Shown here: positions 19,354-29,294 of the stretch, piece by piece
How the letters are laid out: each line of letters opens with the position of its first letter
Position numbering within the stretch: position 1 is the first letter of the stretch
Sequence record: SRR31156797_4553
Strand: one strand, 5' to 3'
DNA length: 64,000 nt
Translations under genes and position numbers: made by a program
Notes under the pieces: generated by a model
What the model was told of the DNA's origin: nothing
Database searches by the model: none
Seen by the model: only the letters and a program-made list of their open reading frames with translations

Positions 19354-20087
19354 TAGTTATAGGCGTATGCAGGAAGCTGCAAGAGGGCGTCAATACTTTC
19401 TTGGAGCTGCGAGAAAGCAGTGATCGACACATCGGGTAAATCTTCCAATCCATTAGGCGCCTGACGAAGACGATGATTGAACCACAAGGCTTGCCAACCG
19501 GCTTTTTTGCAGCCCACTACATCATTATCAAAGTTGTCACCTACGTACAGTGTTGTTTCTGGATCAAGAGCAAAGGCGGTTTCTGCCAATTGGAAAATTT
19601 CTAGCTCTGGTTTCTGATAACCGGTTGCTTGTGAAATGATCATATGCTCTGGTTTGATCCATCGAGTCAGTTGCAACTGATTCAACTTCTTTTGTTGGTG
19701 GTCGGTGGGACCGTTAGTAATAATTCCTAATTTGATTGGCAATTTGGACAAATAACTCAAGGTTGACTCAACTTCCGGATGTAGCGTGATAGCATCTAGT
19801 TCTTGTTCATAGCACAGCTGAAACTGGCAGCTCTCTTCCATAGTAATAGAGAAATAACCTAAGTCCGTTAGAGAATGAGTCAGCCGGTAATAACGAAAAT
19901 GCTCCAGCGTCCATTCATTCGCCAATACCCTTCCAAACTGTTCATCGCTATGTACGCGAAAACGCAAATAAAGAGCGGTTAGGTCCTTGCGGGCAATTTG
20001 TGGAAAGCATGAGGTTATGGCATTACGAAATGGTTGTTGCTGGTCATATAAGGTATCATCGACATCAAAAAGAATACTAGTGATCAA
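19353..20087 (-). CDS. HAD-superfamily hydrolase (YjjG/YfnB-like); start uncertain
   Basis: LFDVDDTL, IITNG, KP...IF, YVGDNFDNDV. Confidence 0.88.
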   Translation of the reverse strand: MITSILFDVDDTLYDQQQPFRNAITSCFPQIARKDLTALYLRFRVHSDEQFGRVLANEWTLEHFRYYRLTHSLTDLGYFSITMEESCQFQLCYEQELDAITLHPEVESTLSYLSKLPIKLGIITNGPTDHQQKKLNQLQLTRWIKPEHMIISQATGYQKPELEIFQLAETAFALDPETTLYVGDNFDNDVVGCKKAGWQALWFNHRLRQAPNGLEDLPDVSITAFSQLQESIDALLQLPAYAYN

Positions 20088-20331
20088 AAGAGACACGCCT
20101 TTCAAAGTTAGTGAAAATTTTCAGTTTGTTTTCGAATCAATCATAAGCCATTATGACTCTAAAAAAAAGAGGAAAAACCTTGTGAAATAAAGGTTTTATT
20201 TACTGTTTTTAGAAATCCGCGTCTTGATACGTTTTCAAAATTATAGTGAATTTTACCCATTTTCACATGTTTCTCATTTTGCATTTCTTCAAAGAGTTGC
20301 TTATAATGAAAGCTATTGAGGAGGGGGAAAT

Positions 20332-22068
20332 GTGTTAAAAAGGTTTTTTCGTTATTATCGACCGTATCGGTCACTATTTATGCTAGATTTTACTTGTGCG
20401 GTATTTGCTGGTTTATTAGAACTGGCCTTTCCCGTTGCCGTCAACCAAGTAATCGATAAGATCATGCCCCAGAACAACTTTCGCTTGATACTATTGGCTT
20501 GCTTAGGCTTGTTCTTGTTTTATGTGATCAATACTGTGTTGCAATATATCGTGGTTTTTTATGGTCATAAACTTGGGGTCAATATTGAGACAGATATGCG
20601 TCAAGAACTGTTTCGACATCTGCAGACCCAATCTTTTGAATATTATGACAATCAAAAGACCGGCAAGCTGATCAGTCGCTTGACCACGGATCTCTTTGAA
20701 ATCTCTGAAGTCGCTCACCATGGGCCAGAAGATGTTTTTATTACCATCATGACTTTGGTGGGGGCATTCCTATTGATGTTGAATATGCACGTTCAATTAG
20801 CGATAGCGACATTTGCGTTGATTCCATTGATTACGATTGCCTTGGTTTTTTTCAATAAGAAAATGACCAAAGTCAATACACAGATCTATGACAACCTCGG
20901 TGAGTTCAACGCCGGAGTGGAAGCATCTGTTAGCGGCATTCGAGTGACCCAATCGTTTGCTAATGAAACGTTCGAACATAAACGCTTTGATGGATTGAGC
21001 GAAATCTATCGGCAATCGAAGATCCTTTTTTATAAGGTAATGGCGATCAGTTCAGCGTATAATTACTTTCTGATTCGCTTGATCAACTTGTTTGCTCTGA
21101 TTTTTGGTGCTTACTACGTGATTCGTGGTGAACTGACGAATGGCCAGTTTGTTGGGTTTATTTTATTATCGAATGTCTTTGTTAGACCAATTGAGAAGGT
21201 CAATACGATGATTGAAAGCTATCCGAAAGGCATCGCTGGCTTCAAACGATTGACCGAAGAATTGGATAAAGAACCGACGATCAAAGACAAACCAGGGGCA
21301 CGGGCTGTTCAATCATTAAAAGGGGATATCGTCTACCAAGATGTTTCTTTTTCCTATGCGGATGCGACGAAAGTCTTGAATCACATCGATTTATCGATCA
21401 AAGCTGGCGAGACGATCGCCTTCGTCGGGCAAAGTGGCTCAGGGAAAACCACGTTATGCAACTTGTTGCCGCGTTTTTATGAAGTCACTGAAGGCGCCAT
21501 TACGATTGACGGCATCAATATTCAGGAGATGACCCTGGCTTCTTTACGTCAGCAGATTGGGACTGTGCAGCAAGATGTCTTTCTTTTCCCGGGAACGATT
21601 CGAGAAAATATTGCTTATGGCAAACTTGATGCAACAGAAGAAGAGATTTTAAAGGCAGTCAAATTAGCACACTTAGAAAAGGTCATCGATCAAATGACGG
21701 ATGGGTTAGATACGGTCATCGGTGAACGAGGAGTCAAATTATCCGGTGGTCAAAAGCAGCGGGTAGCGATTGCTCGGATGTTCTTAAAAAACCCGCCGAT
21801 TTTGATATTAGATGAAGCAACATCAGCGTTGGATACGGAAACCGAGCAAGTGATTCAAGAGTCATTGAATTCTTTGGCAGATGGCCGTACAACCTTGATC
21901 ATTGCCCATCGCCTCGCAACGATCAAACATGCGACACGCATCATTGTCGTTAGTGATAAAGGCATCTTAGAAGAGGGGACCCATGAAGATTTGATGGCGA
22001 AAAAGGGACATTATCGCGCATTGCATGATGCGCAATTCGCTCGTGATGGAGAACCTTCTCTTCCTTAG
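20332..22068 (+). CDS. ABC exporter, fused permease/ATPase (YwjA-like)
   Basis: TMD plus GQSGSGKT, LSGGQKQR, ILILDEATSALD, IAHRL. Confidence 0.92.
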   Translation: MLKRFFRYYRPYRSLFMLDFTCAVFAGLLELAFPVAVNQVIDKIMPQNNFRLILLACLGLFLFYVINTVLQYIVVFYGHKLGVNIETDMRQELFRHLQTQSFEYYDNQKTGKLISRLTTDLFEISEVAHHGPEDVFITIMTLVGAFLLMLNMHVQLAIATFALIPLITIALVFFNKKMTKVNTQIYDNLGEFNAGVEASVSGIRVTQSFANETFEHKRFDGLSEIYRQSKILFYKVMAISSAYNYFLIRLINLFALIFGAYYVIRGELTNGQFVGFILLSNVFVRPIEKVNTMIESYPKGIAGFKRLTEELDKEPTIKDKPGARAVQSLKGDIVYQDVSFSYADATKVLNHIDLSIKAGETIAFVGQSGSGKTTLCNLLPRFYEVTEGAITIDGINIQEMTLASLRQQIGTVQQDVFLFPGTIRENIAYGKLDATEEEILKAVKLAHLEKVIDQMTDGLDTVIGERGVKLSGGQKQRVAIARMFLKNPPILILDEATSALDTETEQVIQESLNSLADGRTTLIIAHRLATIKHATRIIVVSDKGILEEGTHEDLMAKKGHYRALHDAQFARDGEPSLP

Positions 22069-22773
22069 AAGAAAGAAATGAACGATCAATCCAAGAAAAC
22101 ACTAGTCTTTTTATACTTTGTCAGGAAAAAGCATAAAAGACGGGTTTCTTAGGTTGATCTTTTTTCACTAAATTTTTGTGAGAAACCCTTTTCATTTATA
22201 AGCAGATATTCATTTCTCCTACTGTTTTATTGTCGATTATGACAGAAATGCTTGTATGGTTTTCTGATTAAAAAGGAATGTGATACAATGGAATCAAGAA
22301 TGAAGACATTGGTTGAGAATCTTCTCTGGAAAAAATAACATATATTTTTATTGTAGCCCTGTCGTTTCCAAGGCAACAAGGTATCGTGAAATTTTTCCTT
22401 TGAAAACGATTGAGCCATGGACTTGGTTTTTTTCTCCATTTTTTTGATTACACATGTAATTACAGAGGGGAAATTAAAAAACGCGGGATTCAACTAAAAG
22501 AGTATTTTAATATTCTGACATCTTTTTGATACACCTTTGACACACTGTTGTATAAAAGAAGTAATATTAAAAAAAAATTTGATTTTTCTCATTTAAAAAT
22601 AAACTTTTTGAGTGAAACCTTTTGCCTAAAAGGTTTCGCTTTTAATATAACTTTCGAGTTTTATTAAAAAATATGAGATTTAGACTAGATTTTTTTTAGT
22701 TAAACCTGTATAATTGAAATCAAGCGAGGGAACAGGACTTGCTTGATTGAAAATTAAAAAGGAGAGATGCACG

Positions 22774-23172
22774 TTGTTGACACTATACACTTCCCCAAGT
22801 TGCACATCTTGTCGCAAAGCTCGTGCGTGGTTACAAGAGCACGAAATCCCTTTTGTTGAAAGAAATATTTTTTCAGAACCGTTAAATATTTCTGAGCTTA
22901 AGGCAATTCTACAAATGACAGAAGATGGCACAGAAGAAATTATTTCCACCAGATCCAAAGTATTCCAAAAGTTGAATATGGATCTAGATGACCTGCCCCT
23001 AAAAGATTTATTGACACTTGTTCAAGAAAATCCAGGATTATTGCGTCGGCCAATTATGATCGATGAAAAACGATTGCAAGTTGGGTTTAATGAAGATGAA
23101 ATTCGTCGGTTCTTACCTAGGGATGTTCGCCAACTGGAACTAAGACAAGCGCAATTAATGGCAGGCTTATAA
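22774..23172 (+). CDS. spxA: Transcriptional regulator Spx
   Basis: [47 protein letters not shown] start after AAGGAG. Confidence 0.96.
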   Translation: MLTLYTSPSCTSCRKARAWLQEHEIPFVERNIFSEPLNISELKAILQMTEDGTEEIISTRSKVFQKLNMDLDDLPLKDLLTLVQENPGLLRRPIMIDEKRLQVGFNEDEIRRFLPRDVRQLELRQAQLMAGL

Positions 23173-23185
23173 ATTTGACTTCATC

Positions 23186-23219
23186 GACTCGCTTTCTCGT
23201 AGAAAGTGAGTCTTTTTTT
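23186..23219 (+). terminator. Terminator after spxA
   Basis: GACTCGCTTTCT-cgt-AGAAAGTGAGTC-T7. Confidence 0.85.
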
Positions 23220-23324
23220 GAGTTTTTACGTTTTTCTTAAGAGGATATTCGTTTTCTCTTTACTTTTTATCAGGTTTCGATACAATGAACCTATAGTGAG
23301 TAGCAAAAGTGAGGTGTAGCTAAT

Positions 23325-23975
23325 ATGGAAATGGAACATATCAATGAGAACACCATTCGTGTATTGATCAAAAGTGAAGACTTAGCTGCGAGAGGCATCA
23401 CTTTTCTTGACCTTCTAGGAAATCACAATGAAATTGAAAACTTCTTTTACAGTATTCTTGAAGAAGTTGATATTGACGAAGAATTTAAAGGCAGTGAAGC
23501 TGTAACTTTCCAAGTCTTGCCTAAAGGCGATGGGTTAGAATTGTTTATTAGCAAAAATCTTCCACCAGAAGGAATGGAAAATTTTGATGAGATGAACGAT
23601 GAAGCGAATGAAGACATTACCGATATGTTGAAAAAACATGTGGCGGCTCAATTACAAGAGTCAGAGCAAGCAGAAGAAATCGGCAATCGTTTTGTATTCG
23701 AGTTGTTGCGATTCGAAGATATGATTCAATTGGCATCCGAAGTATATTTGGATTCCGTTGCAACCAATCTTTACCAAATGGGCAATCATTATTATATTGA
23801 AATTCGATTTATGGATGCAGATATTACTGATATTGAAGTGGAAAATGCACTTTCTTATTTGATGGAATTTGCCCAAAGGACTTCAGTGACGCCCGAAGTT
23901 TTATCAGAATACGGTGAGTTGATCATGGAAAACGATGCACTTGAATTGACTCGTTTCTATTTCAAGAATGATTAA
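23325..23975 (+). CDS. mecA: ClpC adapter protein MecA
   Basis: MEMEHINENTIRV..DLAARGI, VTFQV, LSEYG..IMENDAL; spx-mecA-coiA synteny. Confidence 0.93.
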   Translation: MEMEHINENTIRVLIKSEDLAARGITFLDLLGNHNEIENFFYSILEEVDIDEEFKGSEAVTFQVLPKGDGLELFISKNLPPEGMENFDEMNDEANEDITDMLKKHVAAQLQESEQAEEIGNRFVFELLRFEDMIQLASEVYLDSVATNLYQMGNHYYIEIRFMDADITDIEVENALSYLMEFAQRTSVTPEVLSEYGELIMENDALELTRFYFKND

Positions 23976-24075
23976 TGAATGAAAATCATTTCCAGCCAAG
24001 GACATTTTGACAATGTTTTTGGCTTTTTTAATTGTGTTTGACGAATCTGGCGTACCTCTTATTGAGGTGAGCCAG

Positions 24076-25074
24076 ATGTTGAAAGCGTTGAACCAAAGAA
24101 AAGAAGTCATCCTAGCGAAAGGGGCAAAGAAATCCTCGGGCCCTTTTTATTGCCCAGGCTGTCAGAAAGAAGTGATTTTGAGGCAAGGACTTAAGCGACA
24201 ATCCCACTTTGCCCATCAAGCCACCACTGATTGTCAGACATACAGTGAAGGGGAGACGAAGGAGCACTTGGAAGCAAAACAACTTTTGTTTGAATGGTAT
24301 CAAGAGATGGATATTGAACTTGAAGCCTACTTGCCGCAACTTAAGCAGCGACCTGATCTCTGTTACAAAAATATTGCCGTTGAAGTCCAGTGTTCTTCAC
24401 TCAAGGTTTCACGATTTCTGGAACGAACCAGCACTTATTTAGCAAATGGTTATCAGCCTTGGTGGATCCTAGGGACCAAAATGTATCCGAAACGCCATTG
24501 GTCGCTTTTGGCAAAAGCCTGCTGTACTTATCAGTCTACTGGCTTTTGCTTGTGGCTCATTGATACGCGAAATCAGGCATTGGTGCGGCTGCACCAAATC
24601 AAATGGCACTATCAAGAAGGGGTAATCAGTCGACGAAGCGCTATACAAAAAGGGGAGCCATACAGGAAAGAGACACTTCGACCTTTGTACGAAGCAGATG
24701 AATCAGATACCCACCATTCTATTGAATGGGTAGCGGTCGATTATCGTTTGTGGGTGATTCGAAAACTGCGAAACAGACTGCCTAAAATCAGAGAGATTCA
24801 AGAAATAGTATACCCGTTGAATGGGAATGTCTCACAGTTGCCTCTTTGGTGCTATTGTGAAAGTCGGTTTGGCTTTTTATTTGAACACCACATACTGATT
24901 TTTCGCTTTCTCTATTTAAGTGAATGTCCCATTAGTTTTGAACAGTGGTTGATTCAATTGAGGAAGCTGCATTGGCAATGGTGCTTTCCTTTGCTTGATC
25001 AAAGAGAAATACTGAGAGAAATCTTTCAAGAATGCCAATATTTAGAAAATTCGGTTTCTTTTTCAAGCCAATGA
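24076..25074 (+). CDS. coiA: Competence protein CoiA
   Basis: FYCPGCQKEVILRQG..HFAH, EGETKEHLEAK, QRPDL..AVEVQCS; ATG 24076 after GAGGTG. Confidence 0.88.
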   Translation: MLKALNQRKEVILAKGAKKSSGPFYCPGCQKEVILRQGLKRQSHFAHQATTDCQTYSEGETKEHLEAKQLLFEWYQEMDIELEAYLPQLKQRPDLCYKNIAVEVQCSSLKVSRFLERTSTYLANGYQPWWILGTKMYPKRHWSLLAKACCTYQSTGFCLWLIDTRNQALVRLHQIKWHYQEGVISRRSAIQKGEPYRKETLRPLYEADESDTHHSIEWVAVDYRLWVIRKLRNRLPKIREIQEIVYPLNGNVSQLPLWCYCESRFGFLFEHHILIFRFLYLSECPISFEQWLIQLRKLHWQWCFPLLDQREILREIFQECQYLENSVSFSSQ

Positions 25075-25134
25075 TTTGGTTTCGTTGAAAAGTGTGATAA
25101 GATATTTTTAACCAATGAACAAGGAGTGAAGGGA

Positions 25135-26952
25135 ATGTCAGAAACAAAACAATTACCAGCACGTGAATCGATTCCAGTCGAAAAAACGTGGGACTTAACG
25201 AAAATCTATGCCGATGATGCGGCTTTTGACATAGAATTTCAAGAAATCCAAGCACAGCTCAAAGAAGCTAGCAGTTACCAAGGCACTTTAGCAGATGGGC
25301 CACAAGCCTTCCTATCCGCTTTAGAATTTGTCTTAGATCTTTCTCGCCGTTTAGAGAAACTGTATGTTTACAGTCATTTGAAAAATGATCAAGATACCGC
25401 TAATACGACTTATCAAGGCTTATATGCGAAAGCCAGCAGTTTAGTTGCGCAAGTAAGTGAAGCCGTTGCTTGGTTTGATCCCGAGTTATTGACGATGTCC
25501 GATGAAACCATTTGGGGCTATTTCGATCAAGAACCGAAACTAGCTGTTTATCGTCATATGATCGAAAAAACTATTAACGAGCGGCCCCATGTTTTGCCTG
25601 CCGATCAAGAAGCGCTATTGGCCGGAGCAGGCGAAATTTTTGGAGCATCCGGCAACATTTTTTCTGTTTTAAACAATGCTGATTTGGATTTTCCAGTAGT
25701 TGAAGATGAAAACGGGGAAAAAGTACAGCTATCTCATGGTGTATACGGTGAGTTGATGGAAAGCACGGATCGGTCTGTTCGGGAAGCGGCCTTTAAAGGT
25801 CTCTATGGCGTTTATGAGCAATTCCGCAATACCTTTGCCCAAACCTTAAGTACGAATATCAAAGCCCACAACTTTAAAGCCAAAGCCCGTAAATACGACT
25901 CGGCACGCCAAGCCGCTTTGAGTGCCAATCATATTCCTGAAAGTGTCTATGATACCTTAGTGGACGTCGTTAATCAGCATTTGCCATTATTACACCGATA
26001 TATGGCATTAAGAAAACGCCTGTTGGCTGTCGACACGCTTCATATGTATGATGTGTACACGCCGATTTTAGGGGAAGCACCGATTCGCTATACCTATGAA
26101 GAAGCAGTCGAAAAAGCGAAAGAAGCGTTAAAACCATTAGGGGAAGAGTATCTAGCTGTAGTTGAAGAAGCCTTCAGCAATCGGTGGATCGATGTCGTTG
26201 AAAACAAAGGCAAACGCAGTGGTGCCTATTCTTCAGGTGCTTATGACACACTGCCTTATATCTTAATGAACTGGAATGATCGATTGGATCAACTCTTTAC
26301 CCTCGTTCATGAAATGGGACACAGTGTGCATAGTTACTTCACACGGAGTAACCAGCCTTATGCCTATGGGGATTACTCGATCTTCTTAGCAGAAATCGCT
26401 TCAACCACGAATGAAAATATTTTAACGGAATACATGCTTCAGACTGAGACTGATCCGCGGGTCAAAGCCTATGTCTTGAATCATTTTCTTGATGGCTTCA
26501 AAGGAACGATTTTCCGTCAAACGCAATTTGCCGAGTTTGAACACTTCATGCACGTGGAAGATGCGAAAGGAACGCCGTTGACCAGTGAATTCTTAAGCGA
26601 GAACTATGCCGAGTTAAATGCAAAATACTACGGACCATCAGTTGAAAAAGATCCGGAGATTCGTCTTGAGTGGTCACGCATTCCGCATTTCTATTACAAT
26701 TACTATGTTTACCAATATTCAACTGGTTTTTCGGCAGCTTCTGCTTTGGCGAAGAAAATCTTAGCTGGCGAACCTGATGCCTTAACTAACTATTTGAACT
26801 ATTTGAAAGCCGGACGTAGTGATTATCCAATCGAAGTCATGAAAAAAGCAGGCGTAGATATGACGAAAGCAGATTATATTGAAGATGCAATGAAAGTATT
26901 TGAGCAACGCTTGAATGAATTGGAAGAACTCGTAAAAGAAATCGAAGCATAA
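25135..26952 (+). CDS. pepF: Oligoendopeptidase F
   Basis: TWDL, KRSGAYS, HEMGH zinc motif, AEIAST, WSRIPHFY. Confidence 0.96.
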   Translation: MSETKQLPARESIPVEKTWDLTKIYADDAAFDIEFQEIQAQLKEASSYQGTLADGPQAFLSALEFVLDLSRRLEKLYVYSHLKNDQDTANTTYQGLYAKASSLVAQVSEAVAWFDPELLTMSDETIWGYFDQEPKLAVYRHMIEKTINERPHVLPADQEALLAGAGEIFGASGNIFSVLNNADLDFPVVEDENGEKVQLSHGVYGELMESTDRSVREAAFKGLYGVYEQFRNTFAQTLSTNIKAHNFKAKARKYDSARQAALSANHIPESVYDTLVDVVNQHLPLLHRYMALRKRLLAVDTLHMYDVYTPILGEAPIRYTYEEAVEKAKEALKPLGEEYLAVVEEAFSNRWIDVVENKGKRSGAYSSGAYDTLPYILMNWNDRLDQLFTLVHEMGHSVHSYFTRSNQPYAYGDYSIFLAEIASTTNENILTEYMLQTETDPRVKAYVLNHFLDGFKGTIFRQTQFAEFEHFMHVEDAKGTPLTSEFLSENYAELNAKYYGPSVEKDPEIRLEWSRIPHFYYNYYVYQYSTGFSAASALAKKILAGEPDALTNYLNYLKAGRSDYPIEVMKKAGVDMTKADYIEDAMKVFEQRLNELEELVKEIEA

Positions 26953-26963
26953 TTGAAAAGAGT

Positions 26964-26999
26964 ACAAACCAGTCCGAAAAGGATTGGTTTGTTTTTTTT
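26964..26999 (+). terminator. Terminator after pepF
   Basis: ACAAACCAGTCC-gaaaa-GGATTGGTTTGT-T run. Confidence 0.8.
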
Positions 27000-27014
27000 G
27001 TTCCTCCCGCAATG

Positions 27015-27071
27015 AAAAACGCTGCGCAGCGAGCCAAACACAAGATCATCGTTTGGCTCGCTGCGCAGCGT
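27015..27071 (-). terminator. 21-bp perfect inverted repeat, probable terminator of yjbH
   Basis: ACGCTGCGCAGCGAGCCAAAC-N11-GTTTGGCTCGCTGCGCAGCGT with a T run on the minus strand. Confidence 0.7.
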
Positions 27072-27088
27072 CGCTATTGAATAGGGTT

Positions 27089-27745
27089 TCATAAAAGAAT
27101 CAACCCTCGATCAATTTCATGAATAGTGGAAAGTTTTGGTGCTTTCAAAGACTGAGCTTTTTGCATAAATGTATCGAGTTCTGTTGCTGTACCACAGACG
27201 AGAGGAAGACTTCTCAGTTCCTCTGATCCTTCTAAAAGGACCCCATATTCTTCTTCACTTGAAAAATCATACACCACAGCAGAAGGTGTGATCGTGATGC
27301 CCATGTCTTTCGCTACCCTCTGATCAGTGGCAAAGTTCTTTTTCACTAACTCAGATGTACGATCTTCTAGGAACATCTCTAAATCACCATTCGTTTCTGA
27401 AAATAGATCTTTCACTAAGGTGTCACAATATTCCTGTTTTTCGATCCCTATCCGTTGTTGCAATTTCAATAAGAAATCCCGAGCAATTTTTTTTCCTTGC
27501 AACTGGGCTGCTTTATAATCCAATGACGCAGCATAGATTTGGTTGGTCTGTTCATTTCGCAAGACCAAATCCGCCTTATTCATGGACAAATAGTCCATTG
27601 AAACACCTACGGAAAACAAGTTAACGAAAGGCAGGATCTGCAAATGGATTTTTTTGCGGCTCGTGTTTAATTTGTTGAGAATCTCTTTTTCGATATCATA
27701 ACAAATAGGCCCAATCGGATTAATAAATAAAAAAAGTTCGATCAT
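27089..27745 (-). CDS. yjbH: YjbH/SpxH-like DsbA-family ClpXP adapter
   Basis: IELFLFINPIG..C, ASLDYKAAQLQGKK.AR.FL, D...AKDMGI..TPSAVV; canonical position between pepF and CYTH gene. Confidence 0.82.
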   Translation of the reverse strand: MIELFLFINPIGPICYDIEKEILNKLNTSRKKIHLQILPFVNLFSVGVSMDYLSMNKADLVLRNEQTNQIYAASLDYKAAQLQGKKIARDFLLKLQQRIGIEKQEYCDTLVKDLFSETNGDLEMFLEDRTSELVKKNFATDQRVAKDMGITITPSAVVYDFSSEEEYGVLLEGSEELRSLPLVCGTATELDTFMQKAQSLKAPKLSTIHEIDRGLILL

Positions 27746-27850
27746 TTGAATCTCTCCCCAATTAAGATTCTTGAGTAACTTGAAAAACAAAATAAGTATG
27801 TTTTATTAAATATAGCAAAAAAACGCGAAAAAAGTAAGCAAAAGGGCATC

Positions 27851-28429
27851 CTACAATGATTTTTCTTCAACGGCTCGAATGATCTTGTTTTTTGCTGGTC
27901 GGTAAGGAACACCAAAAGAATGCAATAACGATTGAAAGGCAAGTTTTCCTTGAATTGGCTCACTGACTTCTAGCTCTAACTCATAATCATGCTGTTGACC
28001 ATACCAGCTTTCATCCAAAGCAAGTAATCCTTCATTGATCGGAAATTCCGCCCGTTTCGTTTTTAATGCTGCGATCATGTGTAATGAATCAGGTTCGATA
28101 TTCGCTGCTTTTAAGCGTTGAGCAACCACACCTGTTTTTAAAATTTTTTCTGATGCGATCAATGACGCTGCGGTTTCGATTGTCAAAGGATCAGTCGTTT
28201 CTAACAGACCGTGTTCAATGGGGGTCTTTAGCGTTAATTCTGCATTGGTAGGAGTCGTGCGAATGCGTAAGCCAAAATGCTTTTCTCGCAGTTTATAGTC
28301 TTGCGTATCAAAGTAATAATTGGTTTGCGTCTTGAAGGCTTTTTCTGACAATTTGTAATAAGCAAGCAACTGGTGGTATTCTTTTTCCGTCAACATTGTT
28401 TTATATTCAATCTCTACTTGTTCGACCAT
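27851..28429 (-). CDS. CYTH domain protein (YjbK-like)
   Basis: EIEYK, QTNYYFDT, LRIR, ELTLKTP, DYELELEV. Confidence 0.92.
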   Translation of the reverse strand: MVEQVEIEYKTMLTEKEYHQLLAYYKLSEKAFKTQTNYYFDTQDYKLREKHFGLRIRTTPTNAELTLKTPIEHGLLETTDPLTIETAASLIASEKILKTGVVAQRLKAANIEPDSLHMIAALKTKRAEFPINEGLLALDESWYGQQHDYELELEVSEPIQGKLAFQSLLHSFGVPYRPAKNKIIRAVEEKSL

Positions 28430-28625
28430 TGATTTTCACTCTCTTTCTATTGCAAACATAGTGTACGCTGTTTCAGCTATTCCGTCAAAGAAACTAAACA
28501 AAGAAAAGCGGAAACGATTGGGGCAGACAAAAAAATCTTTTGCTTCTGCACTTCTGTCCATTCAGTTTTATTCCAAGAGTATGGTAGAATAAGAGGTATG
28601 TTATGAACAGAATCGAGGGAGAAGA

Positions 28626-29294
28626 ATGATTCGAGATTGGGAAGAATTCTTAGCGCCTTATGAACAGGCGGTTTCAGAATTAAAAGTAAAATTAAGAGGC
28701 ATAAGAAAACAATATCGGGAACAAAACAAACATGTTCCCATTGAATTTGTCACGGGGCGTGTCAAGCCAGTAGATAGCATTTTAACAAAAAGCAAATTAC
28801 GAGGAATCGCACTGGATCGTCTTGAAGAAGAAATGTCTGACATCGCCGGTTTGCGAATCATGTGTCAGTTTGTGGAAGACATTCACCAAGTCGTTGAACT
28901 GTTGCGGACACGTAAAGACATGAAAGTCATTATTGAACGTGACTATATTACCAATAAAAAAGTCAGTGGTTACCGCTCGTATCATCTGGTGATCGAGTAT
29001 CCAGTTCAATTGATCGATGGAGAAAAAATTATCTTAGCAGAGGTACAAATTCGTACACTGGCGATGAACTTTTGGGCAACGATTGAACATTCATTGAACT
29101 ACAAATACCAAGGGGAATTTCCCGATGAAATTAGCGAGCGACTACGACGTTCGGCAGAAGCAGCCTACCAGCTAGATGAAGAGATGTCTAATATTCGTGA
29201 AGAGATCCAAGAGGCACAGCGATTGTTTTCTCATGGGAAAGGCAAACGCGGCGGACATGACACGCCCAAGTTGCCGAAGGAGGAATCAGAATGA
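28626..29294 (+). CDS. relQ: Small alarmone (p)ppGpp synthetase RelQ
   Basis: EFVTGRVKP..SI, DIAGLRI, SGYRSYH, EVQIRTLAMNFWATIEH. Confidence 0.94.
   Translation: MIRDWEEFLAPYEQAVSELKVKLRGIRKQYREQNKHVPIEFVTGRVKPVDSILTKSKLRGIALDRLEEEMSDIAGLRIMCQFVEDIHQVVELLRTRKDMKVIIERDYITNKKVSGYRSYHLVIEYPVQLIDGEKIILAEVQIRTLAMNFWATIEHSLNYKYQGEFPDEISERLRRSAEAAYQLDEEMSNIREEIQEAQRLFSHGKGKRGGHDTPKLPKEESE

Noticed and set aside
6022-22165. Long interrupted hairpins at 6022-6089, 9046-9125 and 22084-22165 as one repeat family
   Set aside because: Similar size but no shared sequence; each is explained as an individual terminator or structure.
22227-22493. 88-aa minus-strand ORF upstream of spxA
   Set aside because: No RBS, non-ATG start, composition typical of AT-rich intergenic DNA.
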